The position numbers and the translations under genes were made by a program. From Octopus sinensis (Eukaryota), in contig NC_043004.1 of NCBI RefSeq assembly GCF_006345805.1, positions 47,864,001 through 47,928,000 of the forward strand: a stretch of 64,000 bases of DNA. Reading direction: 5' to 3'. This document shows, one piece after another, positions 39,116-51,770 of the stretch. The first letter of the stretch is position 1. Every line of letters starts with the position of its first letter. The notes under the pieces were generated by a model that saw only the letters and a list, made by a program, of their open reading frames with translations, ran no database searches and was not told the DNA's origin.

Positions 39116-41221
39116 CTTGAAACGAATACACATAGGGGTAAATAGACTCAAGTTAAAGTGCTGATTTTTTTAAAACGTAACCGGTCTACTTCTCCTTCCT
39201 TTGAATATATCTCGCTGCAGTGTAAATTTATTCTTAAAAATATTTTACTATTTTTTAAATTTATTATTCGGAAAGTAACAGCAATAGTATTGCTAAAAGA
39301 AAAACAATAAACATTCTGGAAATCCACATGCACACATTGACACGCATATACGCTTGCACGCGTGCTCATGCGCACACATGTATGTATGTATATATAATTC
39401 ATTGAATGATAATAAAATTAAAAGAACTACTCGGAAAGAATGCCATTTTAATGTATTTTTAATGCAATTCGGTATGTTGCAATTTAATTTTTTCCCTAAA
39501 ATATCCTTTATTGTATTTCACTCAAGAATAGTCTTTTTCAAAAAACAGTATTCTTAATCGTACAACCAACCTTTCCATCTTTTCTTAACATTTTAAAAAA
39601 TAGATTCCCTTAAACGAAGCAGCTAACGCTTCTGCCTGCCTTCATTTTCTCTTATTTTTTCTTATCTTGCTTCTGACGTTGTTTTGTTCCGTTGTCCTTT
39701 TACTATTTTATTATATATATATATATTTTTTTTTTGAGATAAAAAAATTATTGATTCTAAAAAAAGTGAAGAATTTAGAAATAAATACTGAATGTCCATA
39801 TAGTCGTTAAAGTTTGGTTTTGAAAAGATTTCATTTTGTAAAAGAATATCTCATACGGTAATTCATTTGGCACAAGATTGAAACCAAACACTGATTTCTG
39901 GAGCGATATTCATGGTATTATTTTTTTTCACTTCTTTTGTTTAATTCTACCGCAAATTGAATGAACAGCAAAAGTAATTTGTCAATTTTTTAATGGTCAG
40001 CTGCGTATAACAAGCTTGCAGCAGATCATTGAATCGGTTTCGTTAAATCGTCAAGTTTATAGCTGTCCATTTAGGTATTGCTCACACAAGCCTCACACAA
40101 TTCTACAGCGAACAAATATGGTCGATTATCCTCTTAGTTTGATTAATAGCTGTTGTTTAATTAATCCTGCTACTCGGAATAAAATATTAAGAGAAAATAA
40201 TTCCATAGAGATTGACTATGCGTTTCAAAAAATATGACTAAAACACATGGTTACTTTGTATAATGAAGTATGAGAGGACTTATCACTGTCTACGTGTTTT
40301 TTCCTACTTTCATTTACTTTATAGTCTCTTCACTTGTTGGTCATATTCCTGTTACCTCAATTGTTTTTTTTTACTACATATTTTTCATTAAACTCTTACC
40401 CTTTTACTTTCAGCCCGCGGGACCAATTCTATATGGAATAGCTTTCCTGGAAATATAGTTTTTCTTCAAAAGGTAGTGGTCTAAACTGGATATCAATCTT
40501 ATGAACTACGCCACAAAGTCTTTATCCATTGGTTACTTAAATTGTTGCATAGATACATAAAAAAGCAATAAGTTAAACACTTGCCAATGTATGTAGTCAC
40601 AATTAAGCACTGCATATATTAACTTACATCTAAAACAGAAGACTTTTGCTGCTAATTGTACCGGCAATTAGTGAATACAAATTGATCAAATGTAGTATAA
40701 ATTGGTTTACCACGTAGAAATTGAAAAGTCTAATGTTTCAGGCAGTAATCTTCGTCTTTTGATTTTTCAGCTTCCTCACTGAAAACTAATTCTTTCCGCT
40801 TTTGAAGTGTTTATACTAACTGCCAACGCAGATCAGAATAACTCTCGAAAACTATTTACTTTCTGAGTGAAGAATTTTAAACTTAATATTGAAATCGTGC
40901 AACGCATGAAGACACAGTAATGCTTCGGCTTCCATCATACGAGGCACCACCATGAGAAAGTGTTTTCGAATGAAATCTTGCGTGGACCAAAGCTTTGAGT
41001 GGAATTTATTGAAATCGTATGATAGCATGTTGGAGGAATCATTTCTGTATTCAACTTGTTGATTTAATTCGGCAGCTGGTTTAACAACACCACATGGGCA
41101 CTCATGAGCAGGTAACATATCTGACTCTGTTATAAGTTTTTCAAGCCAGGTCCCCGGACTCTAATAACCCAATCTCCTCCGCTTCCTATTTTCGAAGGCC
41201 CCGAACAGAATCATGAGCGTT

Positions 41222-41287
<66 letters not shown>

Positions 41288-41324
41288 TCTCTCTTTCCCT
41301 CTCTCTCTCTTTCCTCTCTCTCTC

Positions 41325-41363
<39 letters not shown>

Positions 41364-41530
41364 GACTAAGCGATAAAATGATGACTGTCAGTATCTTTAA
41401 TCCATATAGTTATATAATCACAATATACGAACATACACATTTATATATAGAAATTTAGTTACTATAAATAACGAGCGTTCAATAACTCCTGTCTCGATGT
41501 ACAACAAAAATTAAACAATCTTTGTGCACT

Positions 41531-42230
41531 ATATAAGGTGTATTCCGGAAGTTTCGAAATTTCTTCAGGAGAGACATTTATAAATTTCAAAGAAATACAA
41601 AACTCTAATCTCCTTCAAGGTAGGATCCACTGACTGCAAAACAGCTACATCTTGAGAGCTTGATGGAAGTCCTCCGAAAGGAAGGTGTCAGGACCCTTGT
41701 CACAACCCTCTCCGTCATTTTTTAACGGCTTGGGGAACAACTGTAAGTCACAGGTAGCAAGGTCCGGACAGTAAAGAAGGTGAGGCATTGTTTTGATGCC
41801 CATCTCTGTCCAGAAGTTGGTAACCAGGATGAAATTGTGAACTTGGATATTGTCCTGGTGAAGGTGCTCTGAGCTTTTGAGACGAAATCTCTTGCAGAAC
41901 TCCCTCAAGACCTTCAGAAAGTACTCTTTGTTGAACGTCTGACCAGAAAAGACCATGTTAATATATTCGTGATGCACTTGCAATCGAAAATGGGGATCAT
42001 CATGAGCTTCCCGTTAGACTTACTTCGCCTGGCCGTTTCTCTCAGCAAAATACCTCCACAAAGAACTCTTTGCTGACCGTCTGGCTAGAAAGTACCCAGC
42101 GGATGTACATGATGCACTTGCCGTCGAAAATAGGGATCATCATGGGCTACCCGGTGGACCTACTTTGCCTCGCTACTTGTGCTAGGACAAAACAGGTGTT
42201 TGGCTCATGTAAGTCAACCTATGAGCAGGT
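41531..42230 (-). mobile_element. Mariner (DD34D) 3' part with right TIR; internal segment present twice
   Basis: GQTFNKEYFLKVL...LHQDN...PHLLYCPDLATCDLQLFPK; TIR-like TA-TAAGGTGTATTCCGGAAG at about 41531. Confidence 0.85.
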
Positions 42231-42869
42231 GGAGTATTTTATAAGTTTCTGTTGTATTTTTGCCCAGTTTAATACAATATTTTATTGCATAGCAATATTC
42301 AATATTCTCTTCACGTCCTGATTGCATTCGGCAAACTATTCAGCTGAGACAGATAGTGTTTAGCAGAGTGTGTTGAACGAGTTGTTACAGTCGTCTCCTG
42401 CAAACTAGAATAACAAAACGTTGGCGGCAGATCAGCTTACAAGATGTATAGTAATGATATATTAAAATGAAAATAATCTAAGAGCGTTATAAACTTCTGG
42501 AATGCACTTCATACGCTACATACTTACTCATAACTGATAACGAAAATCTTCAAAGTTGTTATAAATGATCTTCACATATCTTAGCGATCGGTGTTCTGTT
42601 GTTCAATCAATACTGTTGTCAAATTCATGTAAATTAAATAAAGGTATACCTACGACATATAAATGTTGACGAAAATCTTCTGCAAAAGTCAGCCAGTCGG
42701 TGTATATAACAAGGCTGAATTTTTGAATTACAGTTCCAATCAACCGATATCAATCTACTGAGTTCCCATCAGCCCAATTGCACAGAGGAGACTAATGTGC
42801 AAAGAAGTGCGCAAAATGCTATGCAACCTTGGCTTTTTTCCTTTCTCAATCTATTATTCACACTGTACA

Positions 42870-43024
42870 ACATATACATTATTTACATTATTCATATTTG
42901 ACGGATATTTGTCCTCATCTTTTTTGTTGTTAACACAACGTTTCGACTGATATACCCTCCAGTCTTCATCAGGTGTCTTGGAGAAATTTCGAACCTGGGT
43001 TCTCATTCCTAAGGTATTTTCCAA

Positions 43025-43025
<1 letters not shown>
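42870..43025 (-). mobile_element. Penelope-like pLTR with intact minimal hammerhead at 42932-42977
   Basis: Minus strand: GACAC-CUGAUGA-A-GACUG-(GAGGGUAUAU)-CAGUC-GAAAC-GUU-GUGUU. Confidence 0.75.
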
Positions 43026-43082
<57 letters not shown>

Positions 43083-43084
<2 letters not shown>

Positions 43085-43527
43085 GTGAGGGAGTAGTGTA
43101 TGCCATCAAAGTGACACTGGGGTAAAATATACGAAGCCCAGCATGCCCATCATGTTAAAATTTCTTCTGGTCCAGTAACCCATCTCGCTCAAAAGGTCCC
43201 TGAATAAAGGTTGTTTAAGGATGTTGAACGAAGCACCTATGTTTTCAGAGGTAAATTATTCACACCCCAAAGAATCCCTCTCAGCACATTGCTATGATTC
43301 ACCCCCACTACTTCTGCACGTGATCAGAGATGCACATATCGTCAAGCACTAAGGGATATGCTCAACTGGTTAAGGTCAAACGAGTGACAAGCAAATCTGT
43401 GGTATTGAGCAGAATATTTGCTGTAGCCCATCTTTTATACCAAGACAAAACAATGTACATGATAACACTTCCAATCAGTTAAGATCGGAAGCCACGAGAG
43501 CCACTGCCTGGTACTGCATCAGGGCAT
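43083..43527 (-). mobile_element. Interspersed retroposon body bounded by (AAT)n tracts
   Basis: GC-balanced 445-bp block between two (TTA)n runs; family not identified. Confidence 0.5.
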
Positions 43528-43539
43528 TTATTATTATTA

Positions 43540-43591
<52 letters not shown>

Positions 43592-43658
43592 GGGTCACTG
43601 CCTGGAATCGAACTAGGAATCTTGGGTTTAGTAGCCCGCGCTCTTAACCACTACGCCA
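43592..43658 (-). mobile_element. tRNA-Ser-like SINE head with (AAT)n tail
   Basis: TGGCGTAGTGG (A box) ... AGTTCGATTCC (B box); same head as 51840-51902; no complete acceptor stem. Confidence 0.7.
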
Positions 43659-43810
43659 GGTTCGAAATTTCCCCAAGACACTTGATGAAGGCTGGAGGGT
43701 ATATCAGTCGAAACGTTGGGTTAACAACAAGCAATATGAGGACAAATATCCGTCAAATGTAAATAATGTAAATAATGTACATAATTCCTCATCTCTTAAA
43801 TATAGAACTG
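43658..43810 (+). mobile_element. Penelope-like pLTR with hammerhead at 43677-43722 (C3U)
   Basis: GACAC-UUGAUGA-A-GGCUG...CAGUC-GAAAC-GUU-GGGUU; inverted copy of 42870-43000. Confidence 0.7.
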
Positions 43811-44481
43811 TGTACAATATATGTTCTTCATCCCAAATTAGTAATAGAAATAAGAAAAAATAATTAGACTATAATTTTGTGTATAGTACTTCTTGACGTA
43901 GATTATGGTAAAGTGAAATGATGATTGAACGAATCGCTGTATTACCTAATGAATCAGTTTTGAAGCCTGAGTAGTCCGCCGTGTGAGTTAAGTTCATTAG
44001 GAACAGATCAATGTTTGGTCTGATGGGATAAAAATAGACACAACAGTTAACAAGGTTATATGATATCAATATAACTACCTACGGTTATTCTATTCAATAT
44101 ATTTCACACTAAGCGTAATAAAAAATTCAAGATTGGAGGTGCTAACTTCTTTACTGCATTAGCGACATCAGTGATCCACTTGGACTAAAATGATCCCTAT
44201 CACGAATCAAAATTGATTTTTGGAATTAATGCCACTCGTCTGTTAAGGTCATGAGAAATGTTTCGATATTGTGAGTGGATTTGGATGATGGAGACTGGAA
44301 GAAATCCATCGTGTGGATACATACATATATACATACATATTTTTTAATTAATTGTATCTTATATTTTATTCTATTTTTTATTTAAACAAGAATATATTTG
44401 TTAAGATATTTCGTATTTTACAAGATTATTTACGTATATTTATTAATTTATCTAATTAACTATTTTATTCTTTTTTATCTT

Positions 44482-44576
44482 TAACCTGAAGAGTTGCTAT
44501 ATTTATATTGAGGTGATTTTACTATTATTATTACCATTATCATTTCTTAAATATAGCCACGAAACACGTGTCGTTA
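44482..44576 (+). ncRNA. Type I hammerhead motif with long stem II
   Basis: UAAC-CUGAAGA-GUUGCUAUAUUUA...UAAAUAUAGCCAC-GAAAC-ACGU-GUC-GUUA: 12 of 13 stem II pairs, palindromic stem III, GUC triplet at 44570-44572. Confidence 0.8.
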
Positions 44577-44861
44577 TTCTACCAAATATATACGTTTTAT
44601 TTACTGTTTTGCATATTACTTAATCATTGTTATATGTTTTATCTTATATTTAATCTTTCTATAATATGTAATTTGTATAAATGGTATAATTTAATTTTTC
44701 ATTATTGAAATGATATAAGGTGTTTTTTCTAATTTATACATATATATTATATTTTGTGAAATTTGATTTAGTATTTCTACATTGAATTTTTCCCTGTAAG
44801 TTTGGAGTAATATTCCCTCATATTATTACTATTGTTATTATAATTATTATTATTAGTAGTA

Positions 44862-44914
<53 letters not shown>

Positions 44915-45042
44915 TCATTATTATATATATATATATATTGATAGAAATGGTAAGACAACGTAAGAATGAAAGAGACCTCGATATTATGTAAATCGAGGAA
45001 TTTATCTGTATATATAATATGTGACAATTATTCGGTAGCCAT

Positions 45043-45104
45043 GATACAACTCCGAGTTTCGGATGGGATGGAGGAAACCCACGCCGCCATCTCTTCAGTT
45101 ATCC
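45043..45104 (-). ncRNA. Degenerate hammerhead motif within a Penelope-like repeat (about 45020-45230)
   Basis: Minus strand: GAUAA-CUGAAGA-GAUGG...CCAUC-C-GAAACUCGGAGUU-GUAUC; one stem I mismatch and a bulge. Confidence 0.5.
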
Positions 45105-45557
45105 GGCCATCGGAAAAAATGCTATGAAAATGACCGTTAAACAAAGGGAAGTTACTGCGTGATTGACCGTTATTAAGAAAAAAGCGCTATTAGAATGACC
45201 GCTAAGTGAGGGAAGCGAGTAAAGGTAAGGTAGTAAAAATGTTCATAGCCTTCGCGTAAGCGCGCATGTCTATACCTAAACATGCGCGCCGGCACACCCA
45301 CGTACATGCGCCTATAAGTATACACTCATCCACCCTCACTTGAAACACACACATTCCCACACTTTCGCCAAAAAATATATATACATACCCGCATACACGC
45401 TGGCACACATACACGCTGGCACACACACACGCGCGCGCAAAAAAGTTCATACCCACATCTATATTCGCACATGCACAAGAAAAAACAGGGCTAAAGATGA
45501 AACACATGAAAATGTGTAAGAAATGGGTAAAAATAAGCAATGAGTAAAACACGTCTA

Positions 45558-45700
45558 TATACGCACATACTCGCACGCGCACACGCACACACGCATCTAT
45601 ATACGCACATACCCACACACACACATCTATATACGCACATACCCACACACACGCATCTATATACGCACATACCCACACACACGCACATATACACACACGC
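45558..45700. repeat. About 30-bp minisatellite (CTATATACGCACATACCCACACACACGCAT), about 4 copies
   Basis: Seen directly. Confidence 0.85.
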
Positions 45701-45811
45701 GAGCACAAAAGATTCCATATACACGTCTAGGAATCGAGTAAACTTCATACAATTAAAAACTACATTTTGTTGAGTTGGCAGTATAGTACTGCTGGTATTA
45801 ATTTTGTAGAA

Positions 45812-46227
45812 GGCGGTGAGCTGGCTGAAACGTTAGCACGCCGGGCGAAATGCGTAGCCGTATTTCGTCGTCCGTTACGTTCTGAGCTCAAATTCCGCCG
45901 AGATCGACTATGCTTTTCATCCTTTCGGGGTCGACAAATTAAGTACCAGTTACGCACTGTTGTCGATGTAATCGACTTAATCCGTTTGTTTGTCCTTGTT
46001 TGTCCCCTCTGTGTTTAATCCCTTGTGGGTAGTAAAGAAATAAGTATTTCGTCTGTCTTACGTTCTGAGTTCAGATTCCGCCGAGGTCGACTTTGCCTTT
46101 CATCCTTTCGCGGTCGATAAATAAAGTACCAGTTACGTACTGGGGTCGATGTAATTGAATTAATCCCTTTGTCTGTCCTTGTTTGTCCTATCTGTGTTTA
46201 GCCCTTTGTGGGTAATAAAGAAACAGA
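45812..46227 (+). mobile_element. Tandem pair of SINE family A
   Basis: Full head GGCGGTGAGCTGGCTGAAACGTTAGCACGCCGGGCG at 45812; a second, headless unit from about 46040. Confidence 0.88.
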
Positions 46228-48494
46228 TACCTTATTTAATTGCCAAATGAAGGTTGAAACGTAGAGTTGATATTGATGTGATCGAAATTCATAACAGAGC
46301 AAAGCAAATGAATACAGCAAAGCAGTGTTTCTCCGATGCGATTTCGATTCAGCCACTCAATCACTGCCATGTTTAGTTAAAATTATAGATTGTTTAAATG
46401 TGTGTTGCAATCTACCCACTGAGTCAACTTCAATGTGTGATTGGTAATTATTTTATCGATCTCAGAAGAATGAAAGACAAAATCGATTCCAGGCGTAATT
46501 AGAACTCATAACGAAGATGGGCGTAACAAAGTATTGCAATGATTTTTAAAACTTTTTGTCCGATGTCCTTCTCTCCATCCACCTTGACTGACGTTAGGAA
46601 TCGAGTAGAATTCATATGATTAAAAACTACATTTTGTTGAGTTGGCAGTATAGTACTGCTGGTATTAATTTTGTAGTTGTCATCATCATCATCATCATCA
46701 CCATCATGATCTTCATGATTGTCCTTATTATTTTCCCCATCGCTATCACAATAGTCATCATCGGGGAAGCTATCAATATCACTGTCACTCTCGTCTTTCT
46801 CAAAGTAATGGATCAAATGATAAAAACAGTGACTCAAGTATTATTGTTGTAGTCTTTCAATAACAGCATTTTTATGTAAAGCTTATATATTGATGCTCCA
46901 ACAATTTCCAATAGCTTTTATGACCATTGGAAAAGACACGAATTTTTACACAAAATGATCCCTCTAAAGGATCTTTTATCTGCTAGAAATAAAAAACAAA
47001 TCTCCTTTTACAACATTAAAAAAGGATGACCACATCGGATACGCATAATTACACTTTTCATGAGTTCTAGAACACACAAAGCCGGAACTTAATTGACTAG
47101 GATTACAAGACACCCCACTAAATAGAACACCTGTCCATCACAAATTTAACTTCTCAACTATTGCTAGAATTCATTTATAATTAATTGGACTGAAGAGAAC
47201 TTAAATGAAGTGTTTTCCTCACTAACACAACGAACCACACGGTTGGGGATTCGAAACTATAACTTTAATATCATGTGAACTGCAAAACCATACATTCACC
47301 GTAGATACACACAGTCGGAAATAAAAACGAAATAAGCTTACTTAAAATGCCTTTTGATCGTAGATTTCGCAAAGAATTAAAACGTTGATGTTCAGCTATT
47401 TACTTGAGAGAACCAATTCCGAGGTTCGTATATATTGAATGGATGTAGGCGTCAGAGAAGAGGTGATCCTATGTATTTATAACAAGTATTATAATGCAAG
47501 AACAGATACGCGGCTTGAATCCATTTATATACTCCTGTAGAGGTGTGTAGCTATATAACTGAGTCTATTTGTGCGTGTTTGTAAATACATATATATATAT
47601 ATATGTATGTGTGTGTGTATGTATGTATATGTATATATTATATATATATTATATATGAATATATATATGTGTGTATGATATATGTATGTACACACACTCA
47701 CACACACACACATATATATATATACACACACAGACGTGTGAATGCTTGTTTCTCAAATTGTCAATTTGCCTACGTTGTGTGCGTATACTGACATATATAT
47801 AGATAGGTTGAGAGATAGAAAGATACAAACTCACAGGGAGGTATATATAGCTTACATAAGTGTGACTGATAAATAATCCATACACGCATTTGTATAAATG
47901 CATAAATATGCATACATTTATAAACATTCGCATTCACAGATACGCACACACACCCATATATATATAATTATGTTTATAATATATATTGTATGTATTTAAA
48001 TACACATATAGAGTGTAATCATATGTAATCATATACAAAAATGCACACCATTAAATGGCTGCTGTTAATCGTATTCAGAAAATGTCTTGAAAGGAAATGG
48101 TAGGCAATTTGGAAGATTTCTTTATATATATTTACTTTTATTCTGATATCAAACAATTTCTATGTTTAAAGCATAAATTGTAATAAACGTTCCCATTACT
48201 AATAAATATTTAATAGTCAGCATTCAATGGCTGAGTTAGTTTTTCATCACTCACAATATGTTTGTATGTATCCACGTACATATACGTTTACACATAGACA
48301 CGCACACGTTCACGCGCGAACACGAACAGATGAGTACATGCACACATACACACTGAGACACACAGACACAAACATGTGTGTGTGTGTGTGTGTGTGTGTA
48401 TCTGTGTATATATATGTACTTCTGAATACATATATATGTTTATGCATAAGTATATATATATGATATGTATATGTATGTATATATGTATATGTGT

Positions 48495-48533
<39 letters not shown>

Positions 48534-48713
48534 GTATATAAATATATTAATATGTATATATGTGTATATATATATGCATATATATATATGTATATACATA
48601 TGTTTATATATGTGTTTCTATATATATATATATATGTATATACGTGTGTATATATATATATGTATATATCTATATATATATATGATATATATATATACAT
48701 ATATGTATATATC

Positions 48714-48769
<56 letters not shown>

Positions 48770-48779
48770 TGGATATATG

Positions 48780-48832
<53 letters not shown>

Positions 48833-49311
48833 TGATACATAAATATGTAATTATATTGGGATGTATGTAACTACATATAAAGTTAATTGTATTTGTGTCG
48901 GTACCATATGTGTGTATGCATAGGTTTCACCTACGCTTATGCTCTATCACGAGATTGCTCTTCGTAGTCTGTGTGTGCGTTGTGTGTGTGTGTGTGTGTG
49001 TGTGTGTTTGTGTGGTGTGTGAATGTATGTATATGTTGTGTGCGCGTGTATTGGGGTTTTTATTATATTTGCCTATACACATTGAATCTTATTTTAAATG
49101 CCTGTGTGTGCGCGTGTGTGTGTCTGTGTGTGTGTGTCTGTGTGTGTCTGTGTGTGTATGTGTGTGTGTGTATGTGTGTGTGTGTGTGTGTGTGCAGATA
49201 CAAGTTTCTATATAATTGTGTGCAAGAATGCTTGTAATATGTTCACCGGCACTCTCATGCATAATCAGACACACGTGAACACAATTACATGTGTGTGTGT
49301 ATGTGTGTGTG

Positions 49312-49371
<60 letters not shown>

Positions 49372-49893
49372 TTTTGTGTACGCGTGTGAATAATGACAGT
49401 CTTTCGCCTATGAGCGAACCGATCTTCACTTTCTCGTTAAATTGATCTTTCCACGCGTTTGGACATTTTACTATCTGATGAGAACTTTTGGAGCAGAAAG
49501 TGGAACAAGTCCGACAACAAACGTTTGGCCCGTTCCCCTGAGGTGAGTTCGTAAAAGGTCATTATCTCGACATTCTTCAAAACTTTTTTTCGCTATATTG
49601 CAATTAATAACCAATCCATAATACCCATTCCACCAAAATGACCATATACCAGGAATACATTTTCAGGAACATCAATATTACGGCTTCAATGTTATGTCTT
49701 AAAAGGGAATATTTAATACTGAGTCGAGAAGATATAAAAAGTCCTCTGAACTGACTTAAGACAGACTTTTAAATATATATATATATAAATGTGAATTTAT
49801 ATATATGTATGTATGTGTATATATACGTATATACATATATATGTATATTCATTTATATATGTATATATTAATCTGTATACATATATTTTTATG

Positions 49894-49957
<64 letters not shown>

Positions 49958-50113
49958 CATATACACATACATATAATATGATCCAAATATATGTATAATA
50001 TGGTACAAAAACGAACGACAGAGACAATTGTGGACAATTTGACAAGGAATGAGGAAATAACACTAGGAGAGAGACAAAAATTATTTGGATTAATGGTTTC
50101 ACATGCCGAAATC

Positions 50114-50164
<51 letters not shown>

Positions 50165-50277
50165 TATGTATATGTGTGTGTATGCGTGTATGTATTTATA
50201 TATATATATATAAATATTACATTTCTAAATATCTGAGAGAGATATAAGCAGTAGTGGTACTATAGAGTAGTTGTATA

Positions 50278-50560
50278 CAGTCAACTTAATGTGACAGTCC
50301 CATGAAGGGAATCCTCAACGCTTCCTGTCGGCCTTGACACATTTTCTGTGTCCTTATTTTTACAAGGGGGAGACAAGCACCTCCAGACTGTTGACGAGCA
50401 AAGATTCAGAAACTAGTCTCTAGTTGCAGGCTTAGCTGGGTGGAGGTGCTTCTCTCCCCTTTTGTAAACATAAGGACACAGAAATGTGTCAAGGTTGACA
50501 GGAAGCGTTGATGCTTCCTAGGGTTAAATAGGAGTGGTGTGACTGTCACATTAAGTTGAC
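50278..50560. mobile_element. Foldback MITE with long imperfect TIRs (Tc1/mariner-pogo type ends)
   Basis: TA-CAGTCAACTTAATGTGACAGTC ... GACTGTCACATTAAGTTGAC; inner arms TCAACGCTTCCTGTC..CCTTGACACATTT.CTGTGTCCTTA are inverted. Confidence 0.85.
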
Positions 50561-50692
50561 ATTATTCAACTACTATATATATATATATATTATATATCGT
50601 ATGAAACGATCGTACCAAATTACCGGAGTCGTTGTTGTTGCTTATTCTGATGATTATATTTATGCTATATATATATATGTTTATATACAACC

Positions 50693-50732
<40 letters not shown>

Positions 50733-50772
50733 TATGGATGGATGATGAATGGGTGTATATAAATATATATTA

Positions 50773-50825
<53 letters not shown>

Positions 50826-50874
50826 TATATATATATATGTGTGTGTGTGTTGTGTGTTATACATACATTCACGC

Positions 50875-51070
50875 ATATCTAGTGTATATAAATCGCAGTA
50901 TGTGTGTATATAATGACTAACGCATACATTTCCACAATTTTCAACCGATTTTCACCAAACATTACGCACACATCACTTATGCCCCATAAATGGTCATGCA
51001 TTATACCGTTTTGCCCAGAGCTCCCGCGTAAATTAACGTAAATGGACATAGTTTTTTGTATGTAGGGTCT
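50875..51070 (+). mobile_element. Possible Helitron/Helentron non-autonomous terminal fragment
   Basis: ATCTAGTGTATATAAA...TTTTCAACCGATTTTCACCAAAC resembles the termini of such elements; recall-based, single copy. Confidence 0.35.
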
Positions 51071-51770
51071 CTCATACATTTTTAATCTTTTTTATAAAAG
51101 TCAAAGGATTTTGTCTCTCCATTTCGACTGTGCAACTTCCACGGTTATTAAATTGACTAGGAATACTGTATCCAATACCAAACAATCGTAATCTCCATAT
51201 TTAAACTGTAGCAAGCTTCCCTGTGCATGTTCTGCGTTACTCACTTCTATTCATTGACACCTTTGTTTACCTACCAATGCGTTGTTTCACTATAACGATG
51301 CTTATTTACCCATCCATTATGATATTTCGACTGTTGTCTATTGTTACAAATATGTTAACATTGCCGCTCTAACCTTTTAAACAATCGCATGATTCATCCT
51401 GAAGAATCAACCTTTAAATAAGAGTTTTGGGGGTCATTATGATGTAAACACATGCTAAAACTCATCATAATTTTTTTTTTTTTTACGGAGTTTTACAATT
51501 TTTTTTCGATTCTGTCTTCTGCATAATGGAATTAATACGATTATGCAAAAACAAAAAACAAATTTCATCCACCTCCATTTTCTCTTGTTTTTTAATTTGT
51601 CGTTTTAAAATATGGACAGTCCGAATCTACCATTTATTTTTTTCTATTATTTCCAGTAATTTTTAATACTTTTATGGAAAAAAGTCAATTGTCTTCACAA
51701 AATTTATGGATAATAGTCAAAACTCTTCACACTTTTTCACATAATCCTGGACTTTATGTAACATGCCAGT

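Noticed and set aside
29975-42230. One large mariner joining the 5' fragment at 30 kb with the 3' part at 41.5 kb
   Set aside because: Both are on minus but in the wrong order, and their TIR sequences differ.
49470-49510. CTGATGAG...GAAAG as a hammerhead
   Set aside because: No stem I or stem III pairing and no NUH triplet in register.
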